This document shows positions 60,567 to 64,000 of a stretch of 64,000 nucleotides of DNA, piece by piece; position 1 is the stretch's first letter; every line of letters begins with the position of its first letter. The position numbers and the translations under genes are program-made. This DNA comes from the human T2T-CHM13v2.0 reference genome, Homo sapiens. The notes under the pieces are model-generated. The model was given only the letters and a program-made list of their open reading frames with translations. It was not told where the DNA came from and did no database searches. The stretch lies in NCBI RefSeq assembly GCF_009914755.1, contig NC_060947.1; one strand, given 5' to 3'.

Positions 60567-61287
60567 TGGCTTTCTGCTTTCATAGAGGATTTGACTCATT
60601 CACACCTATGCCTATCTCCTCTTTTCCTCCCAATATCATCATTACCCTGTTCTATTTTTGGTTGCCTTTGAAACTTTGAATAATGTACTTAAAGTTCAAT
60701 TTCTTATCTCAAATATGGCTGGGGTCCTTTGTCTCAATGTTATGAGGTTGGGACATCAACACAAGTATTCTCTATTTCTGTGGTCACCATTCCCAACTCC
60801 CTGCTTCTGTCATGTGTACTTTCACATTGACTAGATTTATAGCATTTATACTCTAACCACAATTTAGTCATTCTGGCTTTGTCTTCAGGTTGATTCTAAA
60901 AGCTAAACGTCAGTAGTATTCCTATTGCTATGACTTGGCTTAGTACCAAATTGAGTATTAATGTGTTATTTCCTGGAGTATCAAAGAAGATAGAACACTT
61001 CCCTTCTGGAGCTTTCTGTCCACCTGTTGCAATCTGAACTGATTGCCTCTGTACAGCTGTCATTCAGAGACTGCTTTTCATTGCTCTCCTAAAATGTACC
61101 ATCTATTTCCTAAAGTGACCATTTCTCCTCTTCCTCGTCCTCCTTACCCTTGGTTACCCCCTCATTTTGCCATAGCCTATCTTCCAGAAATTTATCCAAA
61201 AGAATATAGAAAAGGTAAACTGCTGAGTACTTGCTTTGTCTAAAAACTCTTTTATTCTGTCCTCATACTTGACTGAGATGTCCTTAA

Positions 61288-62215
<928 letters not shown>

Positions 62216-62256
62216 ATTTCAGTTTGAAAATCACTTTTACTTAATACATAGGATGA

Positions 62257-62602
<346 letters not shown>

Positions 62603-63057
62603 TATTCCTTTTTAGATAACATGTCTATTCTTACTGGAAGCTTTTAGGGTCCTTTCTTTCTTAAGTTCACTGTGAGGTATGTGTATTCTTTGCTATTTAT
62701 CTTTAATATCACATAGTATACCCTAGTATGTTCCTTAATCTCTAGGAATTTTCTTGTGTCGCCTCTTTAGTAAGTTTCTGTTTTTCTCTATTTTCTTTCC
62801 AGAATTCAGTGTTTGGAGATTTAACTTCTTGGGTTGAACCTCTATAGCTCTTCATTTTTCTCCTATTTTTCGTGTCCTTGTGTTTTGCTATACGTTTGGG
62901 AGATTTCCTCAACTTCCAAGTTTCTATAGATGTTTACTGTTTTAGTAGTTATATTTTTAAATTCTAAGAGCTTTTTTCTATAATCCAATTATTTTTGTTA
63001 TGGTGTCATGTTCTAGCTTACTAAATGCAATTTCTCCTCATTTTTTAAAAGAAATAA

Positions 63058-63365
<308 letters not shown>

Positions 63366-64000
63366 TAGATTTCTTAAGTTCACCTCTGATCCCTGAGTTA
63401 TTTTTATTTTCTCTTGAGTTAATTGAGTGTTTCTCTTAATTGCTTTTAAGTTGCAGGCTTTACTCAATGTCTGGTGATCTTGATTATTGGTTATTTTAAA
63501 AGGCTGACTGGGGCACAGGGCTTACCATCCGGCAGAGTGAGTTGGCAGAAAGCTGCCAATATTCTCAGTTTGTTCCATTTCTTTAGAGAAATAGCCTGAT
63601 TTGTTGTTTTTGTTTTGCTGAATGATTAAACACATGGTTTCACAAGCAGTTTTTTGAGCTGGAGTTTGAAACAGAATGCAGGGATTTGGTGGTTTTCCAT
63701 CTCACTTCTCTCTCTTGTTCTCCATAGGACCTACAGACTCTGAACCTAAGACCTCTTCAGGACCTTGCAGTAACATTGGCTGCCTCCTCAGCTGTAAGTT
63801 CTTTCATGCATGTTCTAGGTTCCAGAATCCTCCTATCTGCATTCATCAGTCCACTCTTGCTGCCTAATTTGACATGATCTCTTGTCCCTCACTGGCCCCC
63901 ATTCTGTTCTATTCAAAGTTATGGGTTTGCACCTTTTTAATTTTTTTATTATTTTAATGAGATCTTGATGGGGAGAAGATAAATATGTATGCTCATTCTA

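Overview
Human or African great-ape genomic DNA. Bases 1-~7.4 kb hold the 3' end of the intron-containing X-linked glycerol kinase gene (GK, + strand): an 81-nt coding exon, the 87-nt alternatively spliced exon encoding the hydrophobic C-terminal tail, and the terminal exon (GIP-stop plus a ~2.7-kb 3'UTR). The remaining ~56 kb is repeat-dense intergenic DNA: about 40 Alus, one SVA, a near full-length old L1PA, a 6-kb L1PA with intact ORF1 and ORF0, older L1M/L2/MIR remnants, ERV1 and MaLR solo LTRs, and a MER58-like DNA transposon. Nearly all ORFs in the supplied track come from repeats. I see no new gene system. The most notable observations are: an apparently chimeric full-length L1 (young 5' half, older 3' half, non-matching flanks); two tiny twin-primed L1 insertions; a TSD-flanked left-monomer AluSp in the GK 3'UTR; a strong CTCF-like site downstream of GK; and splicing features around the GK cassette exon. 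Repeat subfamily names come from recalled consensus diagnostics and need RepeatMasker/Dfam confirmation.
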